Positions 27,264-37,771 are shown, counted from the first letter of the stretch. The stretch is 59,900 bases of DNA from Candidatus Uhrbacteria bacterium GW2011_GWF2_39_13 (GCA_000993535.1 LBWG01000008.1:1-59900), one strand, 5' to 3'. Notes: generated by a model not told the origin, from the letters alone. A program made the numbers and translations.

Positions 27264-29267
27264 ATGAATTACGAGGCATGGATATGGACGGAACTTTTAG
27301 CTTTCGATAATACACAGAAAGATCAGGGTGTATCAGAATACCTCATAAAAACCGGTTTTATCCCTAAGGGAATATGTCTTCTGGTTTCATCTCCAGATTT
27401 TGTTTTGCTTCATGATGGTATCAAGGAAGAAAAGATTCTGCCGCCGGATATATGTTCACGGCGCGGACACGAGAGAAATGAAGAAAGAGAAAGGCAGGAA
27501 TGGACTAATTATCAGATAAAATCACTTGTGGAAAATCTGCACAAAAAAGGTGTTGAAGTTTATATCTCAATGTTCACATCATATATGATGGATAAATTTC
27601 ACGGCGAATGGATGAGTAAGCACCCGGAAGTCATGCAGGAATGGGATTTCCAGGGACGTTCTCCTTGCGTTAACTGCCTGCGAAGACTTAAAGACGGTAG
27701 ATATTTTGAGGATATTTTCATTGCTAAAGTTATAGAAGCCTCTAATGATTACGGTTTTGACGGCTGGCATGGACCTGATGGCTATGGGCCGTTATCATCC
27801 GGTGCATTGCCATATACAGATTGTTCCGATGACATGATGGGACAGTTTGCCGCTTATTATAAAAAACCGTTACCCGATATAGTAACATGTGATTCAATTA
27901 TTCGAATTCCGACCGTTCGAACCTTGCAGGACAGGATGAACTGGCTTTGGAGCAATCTGAGGAAAGAATGGATAGATTTCAACGTAACACGATGGGAAAC
28001 CTTCTGGAAAAAAATGGTTGACGCCCTTCACAAAAATGGGAAGAAAGCGCTGATTAATTCTGCATGGACCAGAGCATGTTTTGAAGCAATGTATCGTTAT
28101 GGTATTGATTATAGAAGGATAACAAATACCGGCGTTGATTATATGGTGGTCGAAACCGTTGCTGAAGGATTATCTTTAATAAATGAATCTATAAAAAGAA
28201 ATTTGCATCATGACTTTCTTGCCATGCTTATGGAAATAAAAGCGTTTGCTCCTGATATGAAGTTGCTCTTTCTGCATGGCGTGAAAGATGTCGTTGAAGA
28301 ATTCAATCTGCTCAGTCATGCTCCGACTTCACTGGAAAGGGATTGTTATTCTCTTGCCAATATCTATTATCAGGATAAAGAGAAATTACCGCGCCGTGCA
28401 GTGGACGGTCTTCTGGTATGCCTGGGAGACGGAATAACTTCTGAAGAATGGGAATGGCTCAAAACACGCTGGGATTTGTCCTTTGCCGCTAAATCCCGGA
28501 AAAGCGGAGAACTTACGTTTGTATGGTCTGACAATGCGTTTTATGAACTACTTGATGATTATATTCGCAATGGCACATGGAGTTCACATCTTACAGCATT
28601 TCATCTTATGGAAAGAGGCATTCAAATCCAGACGGGGGCAAGGATTGAAAATGTCGAGTTTCTGAAAGGCCCCTTACTTATACCATGTTCCCATCTTTTG
28701 CCTGACAGCGAACTGAAAAATATTCTCGCCTATGAAAACGGTCCCCTAATTCTTATTGGTAATCTTGAGGCCGAGCAAATTCCATCGAATTCCGTTTTTA
28801 TAAAATGCGGAGATATGGCATGTGCCATAATCAATTCATCCATGAAAAGACAATCCGTGATTATCCCGTATTTTTCCGGGAAATTTATTGAAGAAAAAGT
28901 ACCTTTAAGCTTCAAGGAGGATATATCCTGGTGTGAGGTTCTTGAGCTCTTCTGGGTAAGCGCTTCGGAATTCATATCCTCTGCAATCGAAGAATATAAC
29001 AGTGAAAAAGGACTTACTTCATGTACCTGTATTTCTGAAAATAACAAAGTAACCCTTATGAGTTCACAAATTGATGAACATAAAATTCATCTGGCAGTTA
29101 AAAATACCGACAGGCATTATTTGAAAAGGGAAATCAGCATAACAAAGAAACCTGATAAAATAAAAATACAAGGCAAATATCCCGCTACCGAGCTGGCCTG
29201 TAATAATAACAAATTCAGTGTGCGGATACCACCACATGGAATTATAATTCTTGAGATAAGCATCTGA
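27264..29267 (+). CDS. Hypothetical glycoside-hydrolase-like TIM-barrel protein
   Basis: Strong RBS (AAGGAG); DYGFDGWHGPDG resembles GH-like barrel strands; 667 aa. Confidence 0.5.
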   Translation: MNYEAWIWTELLAFDNTQKDQGVSEYLIKTGFIPKGICLLVSSPDFVLLHDGIKEEKILPPDICSRRGHERNEERERQEWTNYQIKSLVENLHKKGVEVYISMFTSYMMDKFHGEWMSKHPEVMQEWDFQGRSPCVNCLRRLKDGRYFEDIFIAKVIEASNDYGFDGWHGPDGYGPLSSGALPYTDCSDDMMGQFAAYYKKPLPDIVTCDSIIRIPTVRTLQDRMNWLWSNLRKEWIDFNVTRWETFWKKMVDALHKNGKKALINSAWTRACFEAMYRYGIDYRRITNTGVDYMVVETVAEGLSLINESIKRNLHHDFLAMLMEIKAFAPDMKLLFLHGVKDVVEEFNLLSHAPTSLERDCYSLANIYYQDKEKLPRRAVDGLLVCLGDGITSEEWEWLKTRWDLSFAAKSRKSGELTFVWSDNAFYELLDDYIRNGTWSSHLTAFHLMERGIQIQTGARIENVEFLKGPLLIPCSHLLPDSELKNILAYENGPLILIGNLEAEQIPSNSVFIKCGDMACAIINSSMKRQSVIIPYFSGKFIEEKVPLSFKEDISWCEVLELFWVSASEFISSAIEEYNSEKGLTSCTCISENNKVTLMSSQIDEHKIHLAVKNTDRHYLKREISITKKPDKIKIQGKYPATELACNNNKFSVRIPPHGIIILEISI

Positions 29268-29369
29268 AAATAACTGCTGTAACCTATATCCCGTGACGCC
29301 TGTTCAGTCGCCGCAAAACAGAGTATTGGAAACTTTCAAAAAAATTCTGTTTTTTTCTTGGAAAAACTA

Positions 29370-29427
29370 TTGACTTAATTCTCCGCTTGTGTTATCATTA
29401 AGATACAAACAGTATCCAAGAGTATCC
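29370..29427 (+). promoter_or_regulatory. Promoter TTGACT-N17-TATCAT (extended -10) with candidate GntR operator
   Basis: -35 at 29370-29375 and -10 at 29393-29398; gatac-N5-gtatc palindrome 29402-29416; agtatcc direct repeat at 29411 and 29421. Confidence 0.6.
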
Positions 29428-29449
29428 TAATTGGGAAAGATGTGGATTT

Positions 29450-30634
29450 ATGAATTTGAAAAAAGAAAAAGGCAAGTCCCATAAGATAGCTGAAGCTGTA
29501 AAGTCAGAAATTGCGTCAGGCAAAATGAGGCCCGGAAACAGATTGAAGAGTGTCCGCGAACTGGCTTCTTATTTTTCTGTAAGCACGAAGGCGGCCCAGA
29601 GGGCGTTTGATACGCTGGAAATTGAAGGCTTCGTGGAGCGCAGGCAGGGTTCCGGTACTTTCGTCAGGGAAAATAAAACTTCCAGAAGCAATACAGTTTA
29701 TTTTCTTGTTCCACACGCATCGCATATTGCGTCTTCACATGAATCAAGTGTCATGCTCAATCGTATCCTTTACGGGATAACATCCGCTCCGTCACCCAGG
29801 GTATTGCCTCAATTAGTTCCTGTTTCAAAACAAAATGTCCGGAGCATAACCAAAACACCATCCGCCATAGACTGGGCAACCTTGGAGCAAATTCCCGCCG
29901 GTGCAAATGTCTTTGCAAGTGCTTTATGGTATAATAGAATTTTCCCCTTTCTCGTGGAACGCGGAGTCAAAGGGCTTCTTCTCGTTGCACAGTATGAACA
30001 GGAGCAGCAGAAAATGTATGATCTTATCAGAGATGCTTCCTGGTCGTTTATTACGATAGACCGTTTTGCCGGGATACAGAAAACCGTGGAATATCTCTAT
30101 CGTCTCGGAAGACGGCGGATTGCCGCAATAAAGCGTTGCCCTGAACAACCTGAGCATCCCTTCAGAAAAGGTTTTATAACGGCTTATGAAAATTACGATA
30201 TGGTTTTCAAAAATGATTTCTTTCATGAAATTACTCCAGAGCAATCTGAAGGCAATATGAGTGATACGGTATATGAACTCTTCAGAAAAACGAAATTCGA
30301 TTCTCTGATTTTATGTAATCCGAATATTGTCGGCGCCACATATTCAGCGCTCGCTAAAATCGGACTGAAAGTACCTGATGATGTCGCTGTAATTGCCTTC
30401 AGGGATATGCCTGAATACGTTAATTTAACTCCTGCTGTAAGCGCGTTTGATTTTTCATGGGCGGACATAGGCCGGGAAATTTCCCGTATTTTCACTTCAG
30501 ACGATCCTTTTTACAAAGATACCCGCTTCCATTCGTCAATTATCAAACGCGGCTCCACTGAGAAAAATATGCGCCCTGGTACGGATGAAGAATTCATGAC
30601 AGAACTATCCTACGCTCAGGATATAATGCAATAA
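29450..30634 (+). CDS. GntR-HTH + LacI-type sugar-binding domain regulator (AraR-like)
   Basis: RLKSVRELA...VERRQGSGTFV; C-terminal GLKVPDDVAVIAF and IIKRGST. Confidence 0.9.
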   Translation: MNLKKEKGKSHKIAEAVKSEIASGKMRPGNRLKSVRELASYFSVSTKAAQRAFDTLEIEGFVERRQGSGTFVRENKTSRSNTVYFLVPHASHIASSHESSVMLNRILYGITSAPSPRVLPQLVPVSKQNVRSITKTPSAIDWATLEQIPAGANVFASALWYNRIFPFLVERGVKGLLLVAQYEQEQQKMYDLIRDASWSFITIDRFAGIQKTVEYLYRLGRRRIAAIKRCPEQPEHPFRKGFITAYENYDMVFKNDFFHEITPEQSEGNMSDTVYELFRKTKFDSLILCNPNIVGATYSALAKIGLKVPDDVAVIAFRDMPEYVNLTPAVSAFDFSWADIGREISRIFTSDDPFYKDTRFHSSIIKRGSTEKNMRPGTDEEFMTELSYAQDIMQ

Positions 30635-30635
30635 A

Positions 30636-31319
30636 ATGCCTGGAGAAAAACTTATGGAAAACAGTAACTTGAGAATTACACAATGTCAAAAAGTTTTCAA
30701 TCCAGAACACCCTCATATGGCAATGAAATATAGGAATTTTACCCTGCTCGAACTCCTCATTGTAATAGCAATCATAATGATACTGGCAAGTGTTTTACTG
30801 CCATCCCTCAGCAAGGCCAGAAGCGTAACTCAAAGAATCGCATGTACCAACATACTCAAGCAGATTTCAACGGGTACCCAGATGTACGTACAGGATTACA
30901 ATGACTGGCTGCCCAGCGGAAGTATGTACAGCGGCGGCGGCGGCACTATTTATTGGTTTGAACATGTTGGTAACTATATTAGCCGTCGCAAATCATATTT
31001 CAAATGTCCCTCTGAAAATGTTGCTGTCGGGCCCAATACTGGCGAATTTTTCTATTACACACATTATGGCATAAATTCGAGATTGACAGGGGACTATGAC
31101 CTCTTGAGAAAAGTCAGTACAATTAAAAGCCCTTCTATCGCCGCCCATTATGCAGATAACATAAACAAGGATACTTTTAGAGTCATATATGGTTTCAATG
31201 TTTCATTCAGGCATGTTGCCGGAACAGGCAATTTATGCTATCTCGACGGGCATGTGTCCAGTAAAAAAATAAATGATATTGGCAACGGTTCATCATACTT
31301 CAAAGAAGGTTTTGAGTGA
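30636..31319 (+). CDS. Prepilin-type cleavage/methylation + H-X9-DG-like domain protein
   Basis: FTLLELLIVIAIIMILASVLLPSLSKAR, CTNILKQI, FKCP and RHVAGTGNLCYLDGHV. The start may be 30654. Confidence 0.9.
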   Translation: MPGEKLMENSNLRITQCQKVFNPEHPHMAMKYRNFTLLELLIVIAIIMILASVLLPSLSKARSVTQRIACTNILKQISTGTQMYVQDYNDWLPSGSMYSGGGGTIYWFEHVGNYISRRKSYFKCPSENVAVGPNTGEFFYYTHYGINSRLTGDYDLLRKVSTIKSPSIAAHYADNINKDTFRVIYGFNVSFRHVAGTGNLCYLDGHVSSKKINDIGNGSSYFKEGFE

Positions 31320-31344
31320 AAAGGTGTTTCAAGTGGGGAAAATT

Positions 31345-32139
31345 ATGAAGATTTATGTTAGTGCTGATCTGGAAGGAATTTCAGGGATAGTGAATTTTGA
31401 ACAGACGGGCAGGGATAATAAAGGCCCTGAATATGAAAGGGCAAGAAGGTTGCTGACCAATGAAGTCAATACTGTTGTTGCGGCATGCAGAGAAGCCGGA
31501 GTTGAAAAGGTCGTTGTTATGGATGGTCATGCTGGCGGATATAATTTCATAGTAGAGGATTTGCATCCTGAGGGGGAATATGTCATCGGGACCAACAGGA
31601 AGAAATCTTTTGAGGGAATGACTGACGATTTTGATGGAGTTATCCTTCTGGGATATCATGCAATGGCGGGAACCGAAAATGGTGTTTTAGACCATACACA
31701 ATCATCGAAAACATGGTATAACTATTGGATCAATGATATAAAAATGGGAGAACTTGGACAGAGCGCAATTCTCGCCGGACATAGAAATATACCGGTTATT
31801 TTAGTTACCGGCGATCTTGCAGTATGCAAAGAGGCAAAGGAGCTATTGCCGCATATTGAAACTGTCGCCGTGAAAGAAGGATATTCACGCACCTGCGCCA
31901 AAATAATACCTCCCTCCGCTGCACAATTGATGATAGGGAGGGGTGTTAAAAAAGCCTTGAGTAAAATAAAAACAATGAAACCGTATAAAATCAGTTTTCC
32001 CGCAAAAGTAAAAATTGAATTCCAGACAACAGACATCGCAGACACTTATGAAAAAAATGGATGGAAGAGGGTCAGTGGCACAATTGTTGAAAAAATCGTT
32101 GATAAACCTAAAAAAGGACAGGACTTAAGAATTCTTTGA
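31345..32139 (+). CDS. dppA: M55 family D-aminopeptidase (DppA-like)
   Basis: MKIYVSADLEGISG, DGH, LGYHAMAG-x4-VLDHT, GE and VTGD motifs. Confidence 0.88.
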   Translation: MKIYVSADLEGISGIVNFEQTGRDNKGPEYERARRLLTNEVNTVVAACREAGVEKVVVMDGHAGGYNFIVEDLHPEGEYVIGTNRKKSFEGMTDDFDGVILLGYHAMAGTENGVLDHTQSSKTWYNYWINDIKMGELGQSAILAGHRNIPVILVTGDLAVCKEAKELLPHIETVAVKEGYSRTCAKIIPPSAAQLMIGRGVKKALSKIKTMKPYKISFPAKVKIEFQTTDIADTYEKNGWKRVSGTIVEKIVDKPKKGQDLRIL

Positions 32140-32185
32140 AAAAATTATTTTTATTGCGCAAATAAAAGACGTAGGAAAAAATCTT

Positions 32186-32953
32186 ATGAAAAACAGAGAT
32201 ATCAGAAATTTTAAATATCCGGAATGTCCTTTTGAAATAATAAAATATAGGTTTTTTACATTGGTAGAGCTTATGATTGTAATAACAATAATATTAATCC
32301 TTGCCGGACTTTTATTGCCGGCTTTGAAGAACGCAAAGAGCATGAGCCAATCTATTCTTTGCAAGGGAAATCTCAAACAGATTGGTATTGCCATGACCGG
32401 ATATGTTTCTGATTACAATGAAAAACTAATGTGGAGCGGTACTCCTTATGTAAGCGCAGCAACTGGAAACGGATCTATTCGTCCGTGGTATGAACTTCTA
32501 GGCATCTTCGGACCATACTCTATACTTGATTATGGAGTCAGAATAGCCAGTTTGGCGACAAAGAACGAACGCTATGGGAAAAATATGCTGTGTCCCAATC
32601 AGAATATATCAGATAAAACACTTTTCTCTTATGCCGATTATGCCTGCAACCGGTGGTTCTTCGGGGTAAGAACACAAACGGATACTTACAAAAATCATTC
32701 GGTTGAGATGATGCAGAAGCCAAGCCAGGTCATATTGGTGGCCGATAACGGGTACGACAGTAATTATTCAGTTTCAATGGGATGGTTTTCGGGAAATACT
32801 GCATATGATGGATACTGTATAAGGTCTAATCATATCAAAAGTGCGAACATTCTTTTCGGCGATATGCACGTAAATGGCATGAAACGCGAAGATATAGGTA
32901 ATGGCTCCTCAATACTCAGGAGTGGTTTTGATTCTTTCTCAGGATATGAATGA
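32186..32953 (+). CDS. Prepilin-type cleavage/methylation + H-X9-DG-like domain protein
   Basis: FTLVELMIVITIILILAGLLLPALKNAK, CKGNLKQIG, LCP and HIKSANILFGDMHV. Confidence 0.9.
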   Translation: MKNRDIRNFKYPECPFEIIKYRFFTLVELMIVITIILILAGLLLPALKNAKSMSQSILCKGNLKQIGIAMTGYVSDYNEKLMWSGTPYVSAATGNGSIRPWYELLGIFGPYSILDYGVRIASLATKNERYGKNMLCPNQNISDKTLFSYADYACNRWFFGVRTQTDTYKNHSVEMMQKPSQVILVADNGYDSNYSVSMGWFSGNTAYDGYCIRSNHIKSANILFGDMHVNGMKREDIGNGSSILRSGFDSFSGYE

Positions 32954-32980
32954 AAATTTAAATAAGGAAATATTGAAGTT

Positions 32981-34006
32981 ATGAGAATATTAGAAGACAG
33001 AAATAAAATAAAATTTACTGCAATGTTTTTTTTGTTGGCTGGAAGTGTATTTTCGTGGCACAGAGAATTATTGGCGGAAGATGGTAAAAACATAGATGAG
33101 CACCGTCTTCAGATTATGAACCTTTACAGACAGGGAACTGCTGGTATTCCGGAACTTGAAAAAGCTTTGAACGATAAGAGCACTCTTACGCGCCGTGCCG
33201 CTGTCCGTGCCTTGGCTGATATGGGTGAACCAGCCATTGGCGCATTAATCAAGGCAACGGATAATGAAGATGCGCTTGTAAGAAGGATTGCGCTTCTTGA
33301 ACTGACGAAAGCGGGCGCCGATAAGTCAACGCAATATCTGGAAAAATCACTTGCAGACAAAGATGTGACCATAAGGGAAGATGCCGTAAAAAAACTTATT
33401 GTAATTAAACCGCGAACGGAAGAAATAAAAAAACTCATGCAGCAGGCGCAGAAAGATGAATGCATGGATGTGCGCGCGCCCGTAACGGCGGCTTTATGGC
33501 CGTTTCAGAAAGAAGTTGTCCTGCTGAAGGACCGCCCTGATATGGCGGATCACACTGCCCGGATTAAACTTGAACAAAGCATAGAATTGCCTGTTAAAGG
33601 ATGGAAATTCAAAGTTGACACAAAATTGGACGGGCACGTGAGGCAATGGTTCAAACCTAATCTGAATGACTCAAAATGGAAGGATATATCGATAGGACTA
33701 TGGAAGGATGCGCATATAGGCATAGCATGGCAGCGTCTTTCCTTTACCCTGCCGTCTAAGCCTGATTTTACGGCGGTTGAACTCCGTTTCGGCGCGGTGG
33801 ATGAAAGCGCCTGGGTCTGGATCAACGGCAAGTATGCCGGGCATCACGATATCGGTCCTGAGGGATACAACAAAGAATTTTCTCTGGATGTTACCAATGA
33901 ATTAAAATGGGGCGAGAAAAACCAGTTGACAGTTCGCGTGCTCAATACAGAAGTCGGCGGGGGAATATGGAAACCCGTATATATAGATGCGTTGAAATTT
34001 AGATAA
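32981..34006 (+). CDS. Secreted HEAT-repeat + GH2-type sugar-binding (jelly-roll) domain protein
   Basis: Signal peptide; HEAT repeats (LEKALND-x4-RRAAVRAL); C-terminal FGAVDESAWVWING...NQLTVRV...GGIWKPV. Confidence 0.8.
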   Translation: MRILEDRNKIKFTAMFFLLAGSVFSWHRELLAEDGKNIDEHRLQIMNLYRQGTAGIPELEKALNDKSTLTRRAAVRALADMGEPAIGALIKATDNEDALVRRIALLELTKAGADKSTQYLEKSLADKDVTIREDAVKKLIVIKPRTEEIKKLMQQAQKDECMDVRAPVTAALWPFQKEVVLLKDRPDMADHTARIKLEQSIELPVKGWKFKVDTKLDGHVRQWFKPNLNDSKWKDISIGLWKDAHIGIAWQRLSFTLPSKPDFTAVELRFGAVDESAWVWINGKYAGHHDIGPEGYNKEFSLDVTNELKWGEKNQLTVRVLNTEVGGGIWKPVYIDALKFR

Positions 34007-34020
34007 AAAAGGAAAAAGTT

Positions 34021-36594
34021 ATGATAAGTTTCAGAATAATATCCACATATTTTATATTTACACTGTTGATAGCATCTGCATTCGGGACGGAACCAGGACA
34101 GGAAAAAGAAATAATAAGTATCGTGGAAAGCGGGCGGACTGTCTTTCAGAGAATGGAACCGGATGCCGGACTCTGTCTCTCTATCAGGAATTCAGGAGAA
34201 AAAACTCTGTCTGCTGTTTCTGCCCGCATAAATTCAGCAGATAATATATTGAGAGATAAAATTGCGATCCCGGATATTTCACCGCAGAGCAGTATATCCG
34301 TAAAAATACCAATAGATACAACATTAAAACCGGGCAAATATGATACAGGCCTGCATTTCACGGGGATGCTGGAAAATCTTCAGTTTGATAAAGAGATTAC
34401 GCTTATCATTATTATCGTGCCAAGGCAGAATAAAGATGAATTTCCCGTAATACTATGGAGTGTTTCCAGTCTTGATAAAATAAAGGGCATCGGCTTTACC
34501 CATGCCGGCCTTCCCCTTTCCAGAAACTATGAAAATATATGGAAAAAAGGAAAACCTCTCGGACTCCAAAGCAATAATCTACTGAAAAAAATGGATGATG
34601 CCATGTCATCCGGAATTAGATGCATGATAAATATGCTTCCTGGTGAATGCATCAGCGCTTCTGAAAACCTGAAAATGAAGTATCAGAGAATAGACAGAAA
34701 CGGCGGAACATACAGAAGGTGCGGTCTCTGTGGTAATTTCCCGGAAATCCAGAATTATTTTTATAATGTCGGAGCTTCAATTGCAATGAGCTATGGAAAA
34801 CATCCGGCGTTTCAGGCGGTAAACATTAATACAGAAGTACGTGACACGTCGGAAATCTGTTTCCATAAACATGACAGGGATGCTTATATCACTTATTCCG
34901 GAGAGGATTTCCCGGCGGAAGTTTCCTCAAAAAGAGGTTTGTCTGCGGCATTAAAACAAAAATATGTTCCTGTGAATGGCATTGTTCCAGATGACAATAC
35001 CATTCTGAAATTCTATAAGTGGTTTTGGAAAGAGGGCGATGCATGGAACATTTTGAATTCTAAAGTCCATGAAGGATTAAAGACATCCGGCAGGCCGGAT
35101 TTCTGGACCTTCAATGATCCGGCAGGGCGCGTCCCTCCGACATGGGGAAGCGGCGGAGATGTCGATGCCATATCGCACTGGACATATACTTATCCTGATC
35201 CTCTTAGAATGGCTCTTGCGGTAGATGAACTTTTTGCCATGGCAAAAGGAAAGCCCGGACAGAAAGTAATGAAAATGACCCAGGTCATATGGTATAGAAA
35301 GCAGACTGCTCCAACATTACCTGCAAAAGAAAAGTACCGTGCGGAATGGGAAAAGAAAGAACCTGATGCAACATTCATAACAACAGCTCCTGATCATTTG
35401 CGGGAAGCTTTCTGGTTAAAAATATCCAGACCAGTACAAGGGATAATGTATTTCGGCACAGGAGTTTTGTTTGGAGAAGGAAAAAGTCAGCGCCTGACGA
35501 ATCCTGAAACGCTTAAGGTACTTTCGGAATTGTTACATAAAACGCTAGCTCCATTGGGGCCGACACTATTGCAAGTGCCGGGCATACGCCCCGATGTAGC
35601 TATTCTTGAGAGCTTTACTTCCAGTGTCTTCGGTGAAGAAGCTACCTGGGGGTGGGCACGCGGGTGGACTGGCGATGCTCACCTGATGTTGCAATGGGCG
35701 CGTTTGCAGCCTGAGGTAATCTACGAGGAAACTATTGTACGCGATGGTTTGGATGGTGTCAAGGTGCTGTTAACGCCGAATTGCTCAGTGCTTCCAGTTA
35801 GTGTTTTTGAAAAAATCCGTGAGTTCCAGCGTAAAGGCGGAATAATAGTAGCGGACCAGAATCTGGCACCTGCGCTGAAGTCTGATATACTTCTTCGCAA
35901 ATTTACCCGCAATGGGCCTCCTGACAAATCCAAGACTGAATTACAGAATATGGCATCAAAACTCAGAGATGAATTGAAAGAAGTCTATACTCCGTCCCTG
36001 GATTCATCTGACTCTGATGTAATAGTGTACAGACGTGCATATAAAGACACCGATTACATTTTTGCGATCAATGATAAACGTACTTATGGAGACTATGTCG
36101 GACATCATCGCAAAGTTATGGAGAAAGGACTCCCTAATACTGCCGAATTATTTCTGAAACGCAAAAACGTCTGTGTCTATGACCTGACCGAAAACCGTGA
36201 GATACTGACGAAATCTACAGAGAACGGGATAAAATGGAACGCTGATCTTGCGCCCGGCGGTGGACGGCTTTATATGGTTTCATCCAGGCCATTGGAGAAA
36301 ATTATTATTGATGTCGCACCTCGCAAGGAGGACGAACAGAAAGTCCGCATATCTGCAAAAGTTACGGATAAAAAACTTCAACCGTTGGATGCCGTTGTGC
36401 CGATGGAAATAAAAATTATCGACCCGAAAGGGAAAGAGGCCGAGTTCAGTGGTTATTATGGAGCAAAGGACGGCATTCAGGAAATAAATCTTGATCTGGC
36501 GAAAAACGATGGACCCGGAACATGGATAATAAAAGCAAAGGAATTAGCTACGGGCAAAACTGCGGAAGCTGCTTTCAAATTTATTAAAAAATAG
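34021..36594 (+). CDS. Secreted GH42-like glycoside hydrolase with trimerisation/GATase-like domain
   Basis: Signal peptide; YGKHPAFQAVNINTE, DVAILES and KVLLTP...FQRKGGIIVAD. Confidence 0.65.
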   Translation: MISFRIISTYFIFTLLIASAFGTEPGQEKEIISIVESGRTVFQRMEPDAGLCLSIRNSGEKTLSAVSARINSADNILRDKIAIPDISPQSSISVKIPIDTTLKPGKYDTGLHFTGMLENLQFDKEITLIIIIVPRQNKDEFPVILWSVSSLDKIKGIGFTHAGLPLSRNYENIWKKGKPLGLQSNNLLKKMDDAMSSGIRCMINMLPGECISASENLKMKYQRIDRNGGTYRRCGLCGNFPEIQNYFYNVGASIAMSYGKHPAFQAVNINTEVRDTSEICFHKHDRDAYITYSGEDFPAEVSSKRGLSAALKQKYVPVNGIVPDDNTILKFYKWFWKEGDAWNILNSKVHEGLKTSGRPDFWTFNDPAGRVPPTWGSGGDVDAISHWTYTYPDPLRMALAVDELFAMAKGKPGQKVMKMTQVIWYRKQTAPTLPAKEKYRAEWEKKEPDATFITTAPDHLREAFWLKISRPVQGIMYFGTGVLFGEGKSQRLTNPETLKVLSELLHKTLAPLGPTLLQVPGIRPDVAILESFTSSVFGEEATWGWARGWTGDAHLMLQWARLQPEVIYEETIVRDGLDGVKVLLTPNCSVLPVSVFEKIREFQRKGGIIVADQNLAPALKSDILLRKFTRNGPPDKSKTELQNMASKLRDELKEVYTPSLDSSDSDVIVYRRAYKDTDYIFAINDKRTYGDYVGHHRKVMEKGLPNTAELFLKRKNVCVYDLTENREILTKSTENGIKWNADLAPGGGRLYMVSSRPLEKIIIDVAPRKEDEQKVRISAKVTDKKLQPLDAVVPMEIKIIDPKGKEAEFSGYYGAKDGIQEINLDLAKNDGPGTWIIKAKELATGKTAEAAFKFIKK

Positions 36595-36621
36595 TAAATA
36601 TCAACTAGGGAAAAAGCAAAA

Positions 36622-37758
36622 ATGAATGAAAGGGTTCAAGTCGGAATTATTGGTTTGGGAACTATGGGACAGGGGCATATCAAAACCCTCCTGAATGATG
36701 TTCCTAACTGTGAAGTCGTTGCCGTATGTGATACAGATGAGAAACGGTTTAAAGAAGCGGAAGGAAAAGGGCTTCTGAGTGAAAAAATGCAGCGTTTTTC
36801 TTCATACGGTAAATTGATAGACTCAGATCTCTGCAAAGCTGTTGTTGTTGTTACACCACATCCGTTTCATCCTGAAATCAGTATCTATGCTTTCAGAAAA
36901 GGCCTGCACGTTCTAAGCGATAAACCGATAGCAATAACGGTTTCAGCCGCCGATGAAATGATAAGGGAATGGAAGAAGACTTCACTTAAATTTTCCACTA
37001 TGTATTCAATGCGCACTACCTCTGTAAACATAGCTATAAAGGATTTTCTGCTACAGGGAAAACTGGGTGATATCAGAAGAGTTGATATGGTCTGTACAAA
37101 ATGGCTCAGAACACAGAGATACTATGATGAACAGACTTGGAGAGGAACCTGGAAAGGCGAAGGGGCGGGACTTCTTTTAAATCAGGCGCCGCATAATCTT
37201 GATCTTCTTTACTGGTGGTTTGGTCCGGCAGAAGCGGTATCAGCAGAAGTGTCAAAAAGGTTCCACAATATTGAGACAGAAGATGAAGTTACTGCAAATA
37301 TCAGAACTAGATCCGGATTTCCCATCAGGTTTTATTCAACCACAGGCGAAGCTCCCGGTTTCGACAGAGTGGAAATTGTAGGGAGTAAAGGAACATTGAT
37401 CAGGGATGGGCGAATGGCTAAAGTTTTCACTTTCCTTGAATTGGAAGAAGAGATTGAAAAAACTATTTATGAAAATGAGAATACTATGCTGGATGTTGCA
37501 TTTTAAAAAACGGAAATTGAAGTTCCTGATTTGCCCAGAGGACATAAAATAGTATTTCAAGATTTCTTCGATGCAATCATCAATGACAGTGAAAACAGCG
37601 GTATGCTTGCTCCTGGCGATGAGGGAATACATTCGCTGGAATGGGCAAACGCGATGCTTATGTCTTCAATCGAAAAACGTGAAATAATACTTCCCATTGA
37701 TAGAAAGAAATATGATGAATTATTAGAAAAATTGAGAAACGGAAAAATTAAAATATAG
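36622..37758 (+). pseudogene. Gfo/Idh/MocA oxidoreductase interrupted by an in-frame TAA at 37504-37506
   Basis: GIIGLGTMG, SDKP and GLLLNQAPHNLD. After the stop the same frame continues KTEIEVPDLPRGH...GIHSLEWANAMLMSS to 37758. Confidence 0.85.
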
Positions 37759-37771
37759 AAAGGTAAAAACC

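Noticed and set aside
30636..32953. Diversity-generating retroelement acting on the pilin paralogues
   Set aside because: No reverse transcriptase and no near-identical template/variable repeat pair differing only at adenines was seen.
26233..37758. Stop-codon reassignment or readthrough as the explanation for in-frame stops
   Set aside because: The two stops are different codons (TAG and TAA), and both serve as normal terminators in many other genes here.
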